Part shown: in pieces, positions 38,471 to 48,716 of the stretch
Numbering within the stretch: the first letter of the stretch is position 1
Layout of the letters: every line of letters starts with the position of its first letter
Source: Syntrophales bacterium
Lineage (GTDB): Bacteria; Desulfobacterota; Syntrophia; Syntrophales; PHBD01
DNA length: 64,000 nucleotides
Direction: 5' to 3'
Assembly (NCBI GenBank): GCA_963668175.1
Contig: OY764159.1
Coordinates: 768,001-832,000, forward strand
The notes under the pieces: generated by a model
The model's input: the letters and a program-made list of their open reading frames with translations, nothing else
Told to the model about the DNA's origin: nothing
Databases searched by the model: none
Program-made: the position numbers and the translations under genes

Positions 38471-38713
38471 ATGAGCGAGGAGAACTGGGAAGTCGTCTTC
38501 ACGGCGGCGGGTATGGCGCAGGCCTCCATCGTCCAGGGGAGGCTGGAGACCGAGGGCATCCCTGTTCAACTTGACTTCGAATCGGCAGGCCGGATCTTCG
38601 CGATTACCGTTGACGGTCTGGGTGAAGTCCGTGTCATGGTGCCGCACGATCTGGCGCAGACCGCCCGGGATATTCTGGCCGCGTCTTATGACGATGCCGA
38701 CGAGCCGGCCTAG
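38471..38713 (+). CDS. DUF2007-type small protein
   Basis: WEVVFTA…ASIVQGRLETEGIP…GEVRVMVP…ARDIL pattern. Confidence 0.8.
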   Translation: MSEENWEVVFTAAGMAQASIVQGRLETEGIPVQLDFESAGRIFAITVDGLGEVRVMVPHDLAQTARDILAASYDDADEPA

Positions 38714-39717
38714 AACAGGCCCTCCAGCGTCGTTCCGCAGCGCGGACAGGCCGCTCCCTGCAACTCGTTTCTTAAAATCTGATACCCCAGACGTCTGATC
38801 AGTTCCTGTCCGCAATGGGCGCAGGCCGTATTCTCCCCCTGGTCGCCCGGGACATTGCCGCTGTAAACGTATTTCAAACCGCTCCTCCTGCCGATTTCCA
38901 CGGCCCGGTGGATGATGTCTATCCCAGTCGGAGATTTGTCCGTCATCCTGTAGCGGGGATGAAAGCGGCTGATGTGCCAGGGGATGTCCGTCCCCAGGTT
39001 GCTGATGAAACCGGCAATCTGCTCGAGTTCCCCGTCCGTGTCGTTCAGGCCGGGGATGAGGAGGGTCGTGATCTCGATCCAGACGCCATGCCTCTTCATC
39101 CAGGTCAGGCTGTCCAAAACGGGCTGCAGACGCGCCCCGCAATGCTCCCTGTAGAATGCATCGCTGAAGGATTTCAGATCGACATTGGCCGCATCAAGAC
39201 AAGACCCCATGGTTTCGAGTGTTTGCTCCGTCATGTAGCCGTTGGTCACAAAGACGTTCTTGAGTCCCCGGCTGTGTGCAATCTTGCCGATATCATACGC
39301 GTATTCGAAATAGATGGTCGGTTCGGTATAGGTGTAGGCGATAGTCGCGGAACGGGATTGAACGGCCCTTTCCACGACGGTTTCCGGTTCCGTGGCCTTG
39401 CCGTAAATGTCTCCTGTTTCCCGCGGAAGCTGCGAGATTTCATGATTTTGACAGAATGTACAGCGGAAATTGCAGCCCATGGCAGCGATGGAATAGGATC
39501 GCGATCCCGGATAAAGGTGAAAGAGCGGTTTTTTTTCTATGGGGTCGACGTTCTCTGCGATAAGAGCCCCATAGACCAGGGAATAGAGCGTACCTCCCTG
39601 GTTTTCGCGGACGCCGCAAACACCGCGTTTTGAAGGCGATACACGGCAACGGTGGGCACATAATACGCATTCCGCCTTTTGGTCCGCCGCTCTGGTGTAA
39701 AGCATGGCCTCTTTCAT
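38710..39717 (-). CDS. AmmeMemoRadiSam-system radical SAM enzyme
   Basis: CVLCAHRC, GVCGVREN, DPIEKKPLFH, GCNFRCTFCQNHEISQ, YTYTEP and YVYSGN motifs. Confidence 0.92.
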   Translation of the reverse strand: MKEAMLYTRAADQKAECVLCAHRCRVSPSKRGVCGVRENQGGTLYSLVYGALIAENVDPIEKKPLFHLYPGSRSYSIAAMGCNFRCTFCQNHEISQLPRETGDIYGKATEPETVVERAVQSRSATIAYTYTEPTIYFEYAYDIGKIAHSRGLKNVFVTNGYMTEQTLETMGSCLDAANVDLKSFSDAFYREHCGARLQPVLDSLTWMKRHGVWIEITTLLIPGLNDTDGELEQIAGFISNLGTDIPWHISRFHPRYRMTDKSPTGIDIIHRAVEIGRRSGLKYVYSGNVPGDQGENTACAHCGQELIRRLGYQILRNELQGAACPRCGTTLEGLF

Positions 39718-40487
39718 TTGATCACCCTGACGGCCCCCTGAACGGGCATGTGGCCCTTGGGCTCCATTTGAAAAGGCATCCGGACGTGCTCCTGAATGGT
39801 TCTATAGGAAAATGTGACCGGGAATGACAGGCCGAGAAATGCCCCGAAGGGGTTTTTAATGACGGGGATGGATTCTTCCAGGGTTGTTGAAAACCGGTAC
39901 CAGCCCAGGGGAAAGAAGATCACGCTCCCCCAATGGATGCGAGCCCCCCGCAATTTCTGCCTGATCATCCGGGTCAATTCGAAAATCGAGAAGAAACGGG
40001 CCTCGTTATAGATGGAATCCCTAGACTTGCCGGAAAGACGCCGTTGAACAGCGACGAGCGAATATTTGTTCAAGACGCCAAGGAAAACCCTTCCCCGGCA
40101 CACCCTGATCGCTTCGGAAACCGCTCTGTCGGGATTGGAAGTGAACTCCAGCGAAGTCATCAGCGTGACAATGTCGAACTCGTTGTCCGAGAAAGGAATG
40201 TCCTCGGCGCTGCCTACGCGCAGATCGGCGCTGGGTCCCAGCTTCTGCCTGGCGATGTCGATCATGTAAGGGGATGGATCGATGCCGGTCACCTGGCATC
40301 CCTTGGCGTGATAAAGGAAGAGGTGATCGCCCGTACCGCAGCCCACGTCAAGAAGCCGTTCTCCGGCCCTCGGGGAAAGCAGGTCAAGGATCAGGTTCTT
40401 CTCCCGGGCGTCGATATAAAGCCCCGTCGGCGTCTGTAGCCACCGATCATAGGCCCTGGCCATATCTTCGTCGAAGACAACCGGCAT
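39714..40487 (-). CDS. Class I SAM-dependent methyltransferase
   Basis: LLDVGCGTG, GIDPS and AEDIPFSDNEFD motifs. Confidence 0.92.
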   Translation of the reverse strand: MPVVFDEDMARAYDRWLQTPTGLYIDAREKNLILDLLSPRAGERLLDVGCGTGDHLFLYHAKGCQVTGIDPSPYMIDIARQKLGPSADLRVGSAEDIPFSDNEFDIVTLMTSLEFTSNPDRAVSEAIRVCRGRVFLGVLNKYSLVAVQRRLSGKSRDSIYNEARFFSIFELTRMIRQKLRGARIHWGSVIFFPLGWYRFSTTLEESIPVIKNPFGAFLGLSFPVTFSYRTIQEHVRMPFQMEPKGHMPVQGAVRVIK

Positions 40488-40511
40488 ATGGGTATCGTCC
40501 GAGTGTTGTGT

Positions 40512-41504
40512 TCAGCCGCCGATGGCGGACATCTCCTTCAGGCATTTCCTGGTACGGCCATGTTCGCCCGTTATGTCGTGGCGCAGCGGTTTCGAATCCA
40601 GCGTCACTTTGATGAGCCGCTGCAATTCGCGGTCGCTGCAGCCGGCCCGTATGGATTCTTTCAGGTTTGTCTCGTCGTCGGACAGAAGACAAGCCCGCAG
40701 ATGCCCGTCGGCCGTCAGACGAAGGCGATTGCAGGAAATGCAGAAGTGGTGGCTTACCGGGCTGATAAAACCGATAATGCCGGCGCCGCCGGCCGGGCGG
40801 AAAAGTGACGCCGGTCCGCCTTTGCCGCCGTTGTTGTCCTGTAAAGCGGTCAACGGGAAATTCTTTTCAATCCGGGCCTTGACGATGTCGTTGGACAGGT
40901 ATCTACCGTCATTGTGGACATAAGATGAACCCAGGGGCATCAATTCTATAAAGCGGATATGATAAGGTTTTGCATGGGCGAGGCGTGCGAACTCGATCAC
41001 TTCGTCGTCGTTGAATCCCTTTACCACGACGAAATTGATCTTGATCGGGGCCATCCCGAGGGTATGAACGGCTTCAATGCCACGCAGAACGTCCTGCAAG
41101 TTGCCTCCTCTGGTAATGGATGCGTACTTTTCCGGCTGCAGAGAATCGAGGCTGATGTTGATCCTTTTCATGCCTGCCCTGGAGAGGCTTTCGGCATAAT
41201 GATGCAGCAAGATTCCGTTGGTTGTCAGACTGATGTCGTCCAGTCCCTCGATGGAATGCAGGGAGCGGAAAAAATCGACGATGCCGCGTCTTACCAGGGG
41301 CTCTCCGCCGGTGATTCGGACTTTGGTAATACCCATTTTCGCCGATTCTTTAATGATCCTCAATATCTCTTCGTAGCGCAGGATATCGGCATGGCCCAGC
41401 AACGACAGACCTTCCTTTGGCATGCAGTACACGCAGCGTAGATTACAGCGGTCCGTGACGGACACCCGAAGATAATTGATCAAGCGATTGTGCGAGTCGA
41501 TCAT
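40512..41504 (-). CDS. moaA: GTP 3',8-cyclase MoaA
   Basis: YLRVSVTDRCNLRCVYC, TGGEPLVR, FCISCNRLRLTADG and C-terminal MSAIGG. Confidence 0.97.
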   Translation of the reverse strand: MIDSHNRLINYLRVSVTDRCNLRCVYCMPKEGLSLLGHADILRYEEILRIIKESAKMGITKVRITGGEPLVRRGIVDFFRSLHSIEGLDDISLTTNGILLHHYAESLSRAGMKRINISLDSLQPEKYASITRGGNLQDVLRGIEAVHTLGMAPIKINFVVVKGFNDDEVIEFARLAHAKPYHIRFIELMPLGSSYVHNDGRYLSNDIVKARIEKNFPLTALQDNNGGKGGPASLFRPAGGAGIIGFISPVSHHFCISCNRLRLTADGHLRACLLSDDETNLKESIRAGCSDRELQRLIKVTLDSKPLRHDITGEHGRTRKCLKEMSAIGG

Positions 41505-41694
41505 AAGTACTACGTCATCCTTATCTAAATTTTCTAACATACTTAAGCGGGCAAGACAAGCCATGATCACAAGGCGTATGTATTACAAATAATGAAATAA
41601 TGTTTTACTTGACAATTGGCTGATATAATTGTAGTAATATCTTCAGATTCATTAATGGCACAGGTTCATGATTGTTTTTATGAAGGAGGATAAG

Positions 41695-42567
41695 ATGATG
41701 ACCAACGGAATACGCAGGATACACGTTTTCTTTTTGTTCCTATCGATCATGGCCGTGACCGGTCTTTTATCCGTGACCGGATGCGGGGCTCCTCAATTCA
41801 AATCCCCCCTGTTTCAGCATAGCGACTATTCAACGTGGGGTCCGAATGCCATGACCTGGAACGGCAGGGATCTCGTCCTGGCGGATCGCGATATGATTAT
41901 GGATATCAATTTCATCGAAACGGAGAATTACTTACAACCGGATAAGGTTGACGAAAGGGAAGGATACTACCGTTTCGGGAGAGATCCTATGGCTATTGCG
42001 ACCATTGCCAATCTGAACATAGGCGGTCTTGCCTGGGAAGGGGAGTCTGCGAAGAGGGGATATTTATGGGTACTCGATACCAACAGCCGGCAGCTTTACA
42101 GGTTGAACACCAATTACGAAGTCCTGTTGCAGCTGCCTGCCCCGGGTGAATCCCCCCGCGGATTGGCCTATGACGGGGTCAACCTCTGGATAGCCGACGT
42201 GAAGGATTCCAAGATATACAAGATTTCCCCTGCCGACGGGTCCGTTCTGTCAGAGTATAACTCTCCCATCAAAACGCCGTCGGGTCTTGCCTGGGATTGT
42301 TCGGGATTATGGATTGTCGGGATGGATACCTGCAAACCGGTTACCAGTACGTGTTATGCCTCGAAACTGGTGCGGCTCGATATTGATACCGGTCGGGTCG
42401 CTGTGGATGCCGCGCTGCCGTGGCAGGTCACAAGGCCGACGGCCATCGCCTGGGTGGACGGTATCCTGTGGGTGGCGGACAGCAATCTGAACCGGGTATT
42501 CCAACTGCCCGCTACGGGACGGCCATCCCAGGATGGGACGGTTTACCTTTCTGCGGCGAAGAAATAG
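41695..42567 (+). CDS. Lipoprotein with beta-propeller repeats
   Basis: Lipobox VTGC; repeated PxGLA(W/Y)DG..LW(I/V)AD units; AAGGAGGA RBS before ATG 41695. Confidence 0.75.
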   Translation: MMTNGIRRIHVFFLFLSIMAVTGLLSVTGCGAPQFKSPLFQHSDYSTWGPNAMTWNGRDLVLADRDMIMDINFIETENYLQPDKVDEREGYYRFGRDPMAIATIANLNIGGLAWEGESAKRGYLWVLDTNSRQLYRLNTNYEVLLQLPAPGESPRGLAYDGVNLWIADVKDSKIYKISPADGSVLSEYNSPIKTPSGLAWDCSGLWIVGMDTCKPVTSTCYASKLVRLDIDTGRVAVDAALPWQVTRPTAIAWVDGILWVADSNLNRVFQLPATGRPSQDGTVYLSAAKK

Positions 42568-42703
42568 CCGTCTTCTCTTTAACAAGAGAGTCGACTTATA
42601 GAAATCGGTGCAGTCCTGAGATGATAAATGGAGGTTGTCCTGCTGTCTGCATATCCGCAGCAGGAAACCTCCATTTTCCGTTTTCCGCTTCGGGGTTTAT
42701 GCC

Positions 42704-42732
42704 TTGACAATCAAACGTCCTTTTCCTATACT
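42704..42732 (+). promoter_or_regulatory. Sigma70 promoter of pilT
   Basis: TTGACA-N17-TATACT. Confidence 0.7.
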
Positions 42733-42826
42733 CCGCCGCAGAGTAGGACAAGCTATTGCATCAGGCGTTTCCTCGAACGTTGTGCTCAAGATCAATACGG
42801 TGTGATTACAATCAAGGAGGAATCAT

Positions 42827-43909
42827 ATGGCGAAAATAGACGCCTTTTTTGAACTCATGAACAAGGAGGGCGCCTCGGATCTTCATCTGGTCACGGGACA
42901 GCAGCCGGCGCTCAGGGTGCGCGGAGAGATTGAGCGTATCAAGTACAATGTCCTGGAAAACGATGAACTCAAAGCCATGCTCTACGAGATCACTCCCGAG
43001 TATAAGATCAAGTTATTCGAAGAGACCGGCGATATCGATTTTGCCTATGAAATCCCCGGGCTCGCCCGATACCGGGCCAACTTCTTCCAGCAGAAATACG
43101 GCGTTGGCGCGGTTTTCAGGGAAATCCCGAGCAAAATCATGACGACCGAACAATTGGGCCTTCCGCCGGTCATCGCGAAACTGGCCACCCTTCCCCGGGG
43201 CCTGGTGCTGATTACGGGGCCCACGGGAAGCGGCAAATCGACGACGCTGGCGGCTATTATCGACGAAGCCAACCGCCTGCGCCGCGACCATATCATCACA
43301 ATCGAAGACCCCATCGAGTTCGTCCATCAGAGCCAGAGCTGCATCGTCAATCACCGGGAAGTCGGTTACCATACGAAATCGTTTTCCGCGGCCCTGCGCG
43401 GCGCCCTGCGCGAAGACCCCGACATCATTCTCGTTGGCGAAATGAGAGACCTGGAGACCATTTCCCTGGCCATCGAAGCGGCGTCGACGGGGCATCTTGT
43501 CTTCGGAACGCTGCATACGACCAGCGCCGCCAAGACGGTCGACCGCGTCATCGAAGTCTTCCCGTCCACGGAACAAGCGCAGATCAGATCGACTCTGGCG
43601 GACGGCATCCGGGCCGTCGTCGCCCAGGTGCTCTTCAAGCGTGCCGACAAGAAAGGCCGATGCGCCGCTCTAGAGATCCTGATTGCGAATTCGGCCGTCC
43701 GCAATCTTATCCGGGAATCGAAAACATTCCAACTCCCCTCCATGATCCAAACAGGGAAAAAATACGGCATGCAGCTTCTCGACGACGCCATCATGGAGCT
43801 TGTCAACAAGGGCTGGATCAGCCCGGACGACGCCTATCTCAAATGCAACGACAAGGCGCGATTCCGCTCGCTTCTGCGGACGCCGCCTGCGGACTTCACC
43901 GAAGTGTAA
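42827..43909 (+). CDS. pilT: Type IV pilus retraction ATPase PilT
   Basis: ASDLHL, GPTGSGKSTT, TIEDPIE, LREDPDIILVGEMRD, GHLVFGTLHT and AVRNLIRE motifs. Confidence 0.95.
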   Translation: MAKIDAFFELMNKEGASDLHLVTGQQPALRVRGEIERIKYNVLENDELKAMLYEITPEYKIKLFEETGDIDFAYEIPGLARYRANFFQQKYGVGAVFREIPSKIMTTEQLGLPPVIAKLATLPRGLVLITGPTGSGKSTTLAAIIDEANRLRRDHIITIEDPIEFVHQSQSCIVNHREVGYHTKSFSAALRGALREDPDIILVGEMRDLETISLAIEAASTGHLVFGTLHTTSAAKTVDRVIEVFPSTEQAQIRSTLADGIRAVVAQVLFKRADKKGRCAALEILIANSAVRNLIRESKTFQLPSMIQTGKKYGMQLLDDAIMELVNKGWISPDDAYLKCNDKARFRSLLRTPPADFTEV

Positions 43910-43963
43910 GAACTCGACGCGCGTTAAAAGGGAACGAAAGACCGGGAAGAAAGGTGTGACGCA

Positions 43964-45142
43964 ATGAGAAAGCAGGAAATCGATTATATCCTGACCAAGA
44001 TGCTTGATTCCGCCGAAAATGTCTCCGATCTGAATATTACGGTCGGGAAGCCGTTTCAAGTGGAGGCATCGGGCGTTTTGCTTCCCGTTATGATGGACCC
44101 TCCTGTCGAGGCCCTGACTCCGATGCAGACCGAGACATTTGCCCTGAACCTGATCAACCAGGACCGGCGTCTTACCCATAACCTGCTGACGGAGGGGTCG
44201 TGCGACTCTTCCTACGAACTGCCCGGCAAGGCCCGCTTCCGCGTGAACATCTTTTCCCAGCGAGGCCGGTACTCAGTCGTCTTAAGGAAGCTCGAAACGA
44301 AGATTCCCACCTGTGAAGAACTCCATTTGCCGGAGGCCTTCAAGAAAATTTCCCAGGAAAAAAACGGTATCGTCCTGGTGACCGGTGCGACGGGAAGCGG
44401 CAAATCCACATCGCTTGCCGCTATTCTAAACGATATCAACGAACAGAAATCGCTCCATATCATCACCCTGGAGGACCCCGTCGAATATTCGCATCCCCAG
44501 AAAAAGAGCACCTTCAATCAGCGGGAACTGGGCATCGATTTCGACACCTTCGCTTCGGGACTGCGTGCCGCCCTGAGACAGGCCCCCAAGGTCATTCTCG
44601 TCGGCGAAATGAGGGACCGGGAAACCGTTGAAATAGCGCTCTCGGCTGCAGAAACGGGGCATTTGGTGATGAGCACCCTTCATACCGTCGATGCCGGGCA
44701 GACCATCAATCGCGTACTGGGCATGTTCGCCACGGAAGAGGAAAAGCAGATCCGCATCCGCCTGGCCGACACCATTCGCTGGATTGTGTGCCAGAGGCTT
44801 CTCCCCAAGGAAGGAGGCGGAAGGGTTGCGGCCTTCGAAATCATGAGCACGAGCCTCCGCGTCAAGGATTCGATCCTGAACGGCGAATCGGAAGGAAAGA
44901 CGTTCTACGACATTATTCAGGCCGGAAAGGCCTTCGGCATGGTGACGTTCGACGATTTCATTGTCGAATTGTATAAGAACGGCCAGATCAGTGAAGATAC
45001 GGCCAAGGCTTATGCCTCGAACAAGAGCGCTGTCAGCCGCGGGATCGATTTTGTCCGCAGTTCCCGGGGCGAGAAGACAACGGACCTGGGCAAGTTGGAG
45101 GTCGACAAAGGTTATGGAAAGCCGAAATCTACACCCTGGTAA
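43964..45142 (+). CDS. PilT/PilU-family ATPase
   Basis: GATGSGKST, TLEDPVE, LRQAPKVILVGEMRD and GHLVMSTLHT motifs; lacks AIRNLIRE. Confidence 0.92.
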   Translation: MRKQEIDYILTKMLDSAENVSDLNITVGKPFQVEASGVLLPVMMDPPVEALTPMQTETFALNLINQDRRLTHNLLTEGSCDSSYELPGKARFRVNIFSQRGRYSVVLRKLETKIPTCEELHLPEAFKKISQEKNGIVLVTGATGSGKSTSLAAILNDINEQKSLHIITLEDPVEYSHPQKKSTFNQRELGIDFDTFASGLRAALRQAPKVILVGEMRDRETVEIALSAAETGHLVMSTLHTVDAGQTINRVLGMFATEEEKQIRIRLADTIRWIVCQRLLPKEGGGRVAAFEIMSTSLRVKDSILNGESEGKTFYDIIQAGKAFGMVTFDDFIVELYKNGQISEDTAKAYASNKSAVSRGIDFVRSSRGEKTTDLGKLEVDKGYGKPKSTPW

Positions 45143-45225
45143 CGTGAAATCTCCAAAGCGAAGAGAGTCTCTCCGACGCAAGACCCGGCAGGGGGATTGA
45201 CACAACAGAAAAGACAGGAGCAGCA

Positions 45226-45747
45226 ATGGCAGAAGACGACTTTTTCAGTGCCGTGGAATCAGATCATTACGATGCCTCGGACCGGCCGTTCGATTTTGTC
45301 GGTATAGGCGACGAAACAGCGCTGGTTTGCGAATCCGATCCGGCCGCCCGGGAGAAGATCAGATCAAGTCTGGCGGGGATGGGTTACCAGATTACGGAGC
45401 CCCCGACGGCGAAAGATGCCATCAGGAATATGCGATTTCATGTCTATGACCTGATTGTTATGAATGACGCGTTCAACACGGAGGAAGACGGGAAATCGGG
45501 TGCCGCAGCGATACTTCACTATCTGGCCAACCTGGAGATGAGTGTGAGAAGAAAAATCTTTATCGTCCTCATCAGCGAGAAACATCGCACCATGGACAAC
45601 ATGGCGGCCTTCAACAAAAGCGTCAACCTGATTCTCAATCCCAAAAACATGGACGATTTCGGAACCATCATCAAGCGCGGACTTGAAGACAATACCGCCT
45701 TCTACCATGTATTCAAAGATACGCAGAAACAAATGGGGCGACTCTAG
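45226..45747 (+). CDS. Hypothetical protein with receiver-like fold
   Basis: ALVCE…YDLIVMND…IFIVLIS pattern; AGGAG RBS; follows the pilT pair. Confidence 0.7.
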   Translation: MAEDDFFSAVESDHYDASDRPFDFVGIGDETALVCESDPAAREKIRSSLAGMGYQITEPPTAKDAIRNMRFHVYDLIVMNDAFNTEEDGKSGAAAILHYLANLEMSVRRKIFIVLISEKHRTMDNMAAFNKSVNLILNPKNMDDFGTIIKRGLEDNTAFYHVFKDTQKQMGRL

Positions 45748-45834
45748 CCCCAAAATGACATCGCAACAGCCGGCAGCCTTCTTTGCCCGGATGCTTTCCC
45801 CTTGAGATTATACGATCGTTGGAAGGATGCCTGT

Positions 45835-46794
45835 CTAAGGCAAGCGGCCGGGTTCGGAAAGGATGCGGGCCGCTTCATCGAACAGTCCCGCCGCACGGCA
45901 TGATTCGGCCATGTGCAGCCGATAAATGACATTGCCGGGATCCCTGGCGACGGCTTTTCCAAAGGCTTCCGTCGCTTCCCGGTGGCGGCCCGCCTTGGCG
46001 AGACTGTTTCCCAGACGGTTCAGGTAAGCTCCGGCGGAAAGGGGATCCAAAAGCACGGCCTGATCATAAGCAATCAATGCTTCTTCAATCTTAGCCTGCT
46101 TGATCAGGGAATCGCCCCAGGCGCATTTGTACAAGGGGTCATCGGGGCGAGATGCTGTACACTCCGCGTACGCCTTCTCGGCCAGGTCATAGTAGCCCGA
46201 ATCCATAAGCCTGTTGGCCATTCTGAATAAGAATGACGCTTGCCCGGACGGCTCGATCTCCACTGCGCGCCTGTAGGCTGTCTCTCCTTCGGCCGTCTGT
46301 CCCACGGCAATCAGGGCGTCTCCTAAAAGACTGGAGAAGACCGAATCGTCCGGCTCCATCCCCGTCATCTTCCTGTATACAGCGGCCGCTTGCCCGTATT
46401 GGCCGCCTTTCATATAGGCGGAGCCAAGTTCCGTGAGAAGGGCGATGTCCTCCGGCTGGACTGCCACGGCCCTTTCGCAGATGTCGATCAGGTTGTCGAA
46501 TTGGGCAAGCATCGTGTAAATGCGGACCAATTCGTCGAAAGCAAATCCCGTGAACACCCTGAGCTTCAGCTCTTTTTCCAGAAGAAGCGAAAAATATTCG
46601 ACGGCCTTCGCCATGTCGCCGCTGTCGTGATAAGCCCACGCCAGGGCCAGAAGAAAGGAATCTTCGCCGGGATGACGCTCGGCCAGTTTGCGGTAAATGG
46701 CGATGGCCTGGTCGTAGTGCTTCTGTCGCAGAAGTTCTTCGGCCAGGTCTCTTTCGCGCTCCAGGTCGTTGTCGTTCATCTGTTCAGCCTTCAT
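45835..46794 (-). CDS. Tetratricopeptide repeat protein
   Basis: Repeated LG/LA…A…Y..A…P TPR units throughout. Confidence 0.88.
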   Translation of the reverse strand: MKAEQMNDNDLERERDLAEELLRQKHYDQAIAIYRKLAERHPGEDSFLLALAWAYHDSGDMAKAVEYFSLLLEKELKLRVFTGFAFDELVRIYTMLAQFDNLIDICERAVAVQPEDIALLTELGSAYMKGGQYGQAAAVYRKMTGMEPDDSVFSSLLGDALIAVGQTAEGETAYRRAVEIEPSGQASFLFRMANRLMDSGYYDLAEKAYAECTASRPDDPLYKCAWGDSLIKQAKIEEALIAYDQAVLLDPLSAGAYLNRLGNSLAKAGRHREATEAFGKAVARDPGNVIYRLHMAESCRAAGLFDEAARILSEPGRLP

Positions 46795-46880
46795 CAGACG
46801 GCGAGGTGCCTTTGATTGTTTGCAGATTCATTCCTCCTAGGGCCTTCGACGGAGAAGCGCGGCCGTGAAAAATCGCCGCT

Positions 46881-47579
46881 TCAGATGCGGCCGGCGGAGA
46901 TCATCTGCCTTTCCATCATCAGGATCTTTTTCCCCAGGTAATGTTCAAATTCCCGCTGATCGGGTTCGAATTGGACCGAGTAAAACTGAATACGGGTTGT
47001 ACCCGTATCAAGATGCGACCAGCTGCGGACAACCTTTGCCTTCACTTCGAAACGGTCACCGTCAAACACGAAGACGACGTCTATCTGATCGCCCCGCTTG
47101 GCCAGTGAAGAAGAAACATGGGAGAATTTTGCTCCGCCGAGGGAAAGATCGATCAGGTTCAATTTCTCCGGGCCGAACAGGACCGTAATGTTTTCCCCCA
47201 CCACGGGCTTGACCCTGTAGAACATGCGGAGGTTGACTTCCTTCAGATCCGTCAGCTGTTCCAGGATGATAGCCGGGGCCGTCAACGTGGAGGACATCGG
47301 ATATTCGTTCATCATATCGGTGATGACGACGGACGCGGCAAATCGCGCCGGCCTCGTCTTCACCTTGGTCAGAATGGAAAGCTGCATTCGTCTGCCGATA
47401 TGAGAACGCAGAAGAGGCGGAGAGGTCTGCGACACGATGAGCTTGCTGTCTTCAATATCGTAAACCATCGATTTCATGACTCTTGACGCCGTCATGACAA
47501 AATCCACTTCAAACATCATGCTGATGGAATGGCCCGGCTTGATTACCATAGGGACCCTGTCAAACCTCTTCTTTGCCAT
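46881..47579 (-). CDS. PilZ-domain protein
   Basis: RMFYR and DLSLGG motifs; shares SQTSPPL, SVQF and EFEHxLGKK with 10082..10735. Confidence 0.85.
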   Translation of the reverse strand: MAKKRFDRVPMVIKPGHSISMMFEVDFVMTASRVMKSMVYDIEDSKLIVSQTSPPLLRSHIGRRMQLSILTKVKTRPARFAASVVITDMMNEYPMSSTLTAPAIILEQLTDLKEVNLRMFYRVKPVVGENITVLFGPEKLNLIDLSLGGAKFSHVSSSLAKRGDQIDVVFVFDGDRFEVKAKVVRSWSHLDTGTTRIQFYSVQFEPDQREFEHYLGKKILMMERQMISAGRI

Positions 47580-47801
47580 ACTTCGGCTGGATTATCTACA
47601 GCATTGACTTATATAACTAATCTCCGATAATCGTCAATTACATTTATTTGTCGCCCGGACATAGGTTCACACCCTTTTTTATGATACAATCAAATCAGAT
47701 GTTTGCAAGTGCAGAGCGGGATGAAGCCGATGGGTGTCATTTCCGTGACTTTCGGCTGAAGTAAAGTGTGATTGTTCGCAAGAAACGTCGTGCGGTCTTC
47801 C

Positions 47802-48707
47802 ATGCAACAGGTTATTGAAGCGCGGGATCTGGTAAAAAAATTCGGTGAGTTTACGGCTGTAGATCGTGTCTCTTTCAACCTCTTTCAGGGTGAGTGTCTC
47901 GGTATTCTGGGCCCCAACGGAGCGGGGAAGACATCGACCATCAGGATGATCTATGGCCTGTCGCCTGTTACGGCGGGAAGCCTTCGGGTCTTCGGTCTTG
48001 AAATATCCGAGCATGCCCGGCAGATCAAGAGCAGGATCGGTGTTTGCCAGCAGGAGAATAATCTCGACCCGGAATTGACGGTTCGTCAAAATCTGGAGGT
48101 CTTCGCACGGTATTTTAATATCCCCGCCAAAACAGCAGCTGAACGGGCGGATCATCTGCTCAAATTCATGCTCCTCGATCACAAGGAACGCGCAGCCTCG
48201 GCCGAATTGTCGGGCGGCATGATGCGCCGCCTCGTGGTTGCGAGAGCCCTGATCAACCAGCCCCAGTTGCTTATCCTGGATGAGCCAACGACGGGTCTCG
48301 ATCCCCAATCGAGACAGCAGGTTTGGGGAAGGATCGAAGAATTGAAGCGGCAGGGCCTGTCGGTACTCCTGACGACCCATTACATGGAAGAGGCGTCCCG
48401 GTTGTGCGATCGGGTGATTATCATGGACCAGGGGCGTATTCTCGTGGAGGGGATTCCCCGGGAGTTGATCAAGGCCCATGCCGGCCGTAATATCATCGAA
48501 ATCAGCCATCCGGAACCTTCCTTAACGGATTATGTGAAATCCGAGAATCTTCCCTTCGAGGACCTGGGGGACCGCCTGATCATTCAGGGGAATAACGATC
48601 ATTACCGCGAGATTTGCCGCATGTATCCCGATTCCGGATGTCTTATGAGGATGGCGACGCTCGAAGACGTGTTTCTCAAATTGACGGGAAGGGACCTCCG
48701 GGAATGA
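47802..48707 (+). CDS. ABC-2 exporter ATP-binding subunit (NodI-like)
   Basis: GPNGAGKT, LSGGM, ILDEPTTGLDP and TTHYMEEA motifs. Confidence 0.93.
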   Translation: MQQVIEARDLVKKFGEFTAVDRVSFNLFQGECLGILGPNGAGKTSTIRMIYGLSPVTAGSLRVFGLEISEHARQIKSRIGVCQQENNLDPELTVRQNLEVFARYFNIPAKTAAERADHLLKFMLLDHKERAASAELSGGMMRRLVVARALINQPQLLILDEPTTGLDPQSRQQVWGRIEELKRQGLSVLLTTHYMEEASRLCDRVIIMDQGRILVEGIPRELIKAHAGRNIIEISHPEPSLTDYVKSENLPFEDLGDRLIIQGNNDHYREICRMYPDSGCLMRMATLEDVFLKLTGRDLRE

Positions 48708-48716
48708 AGAACAGGC

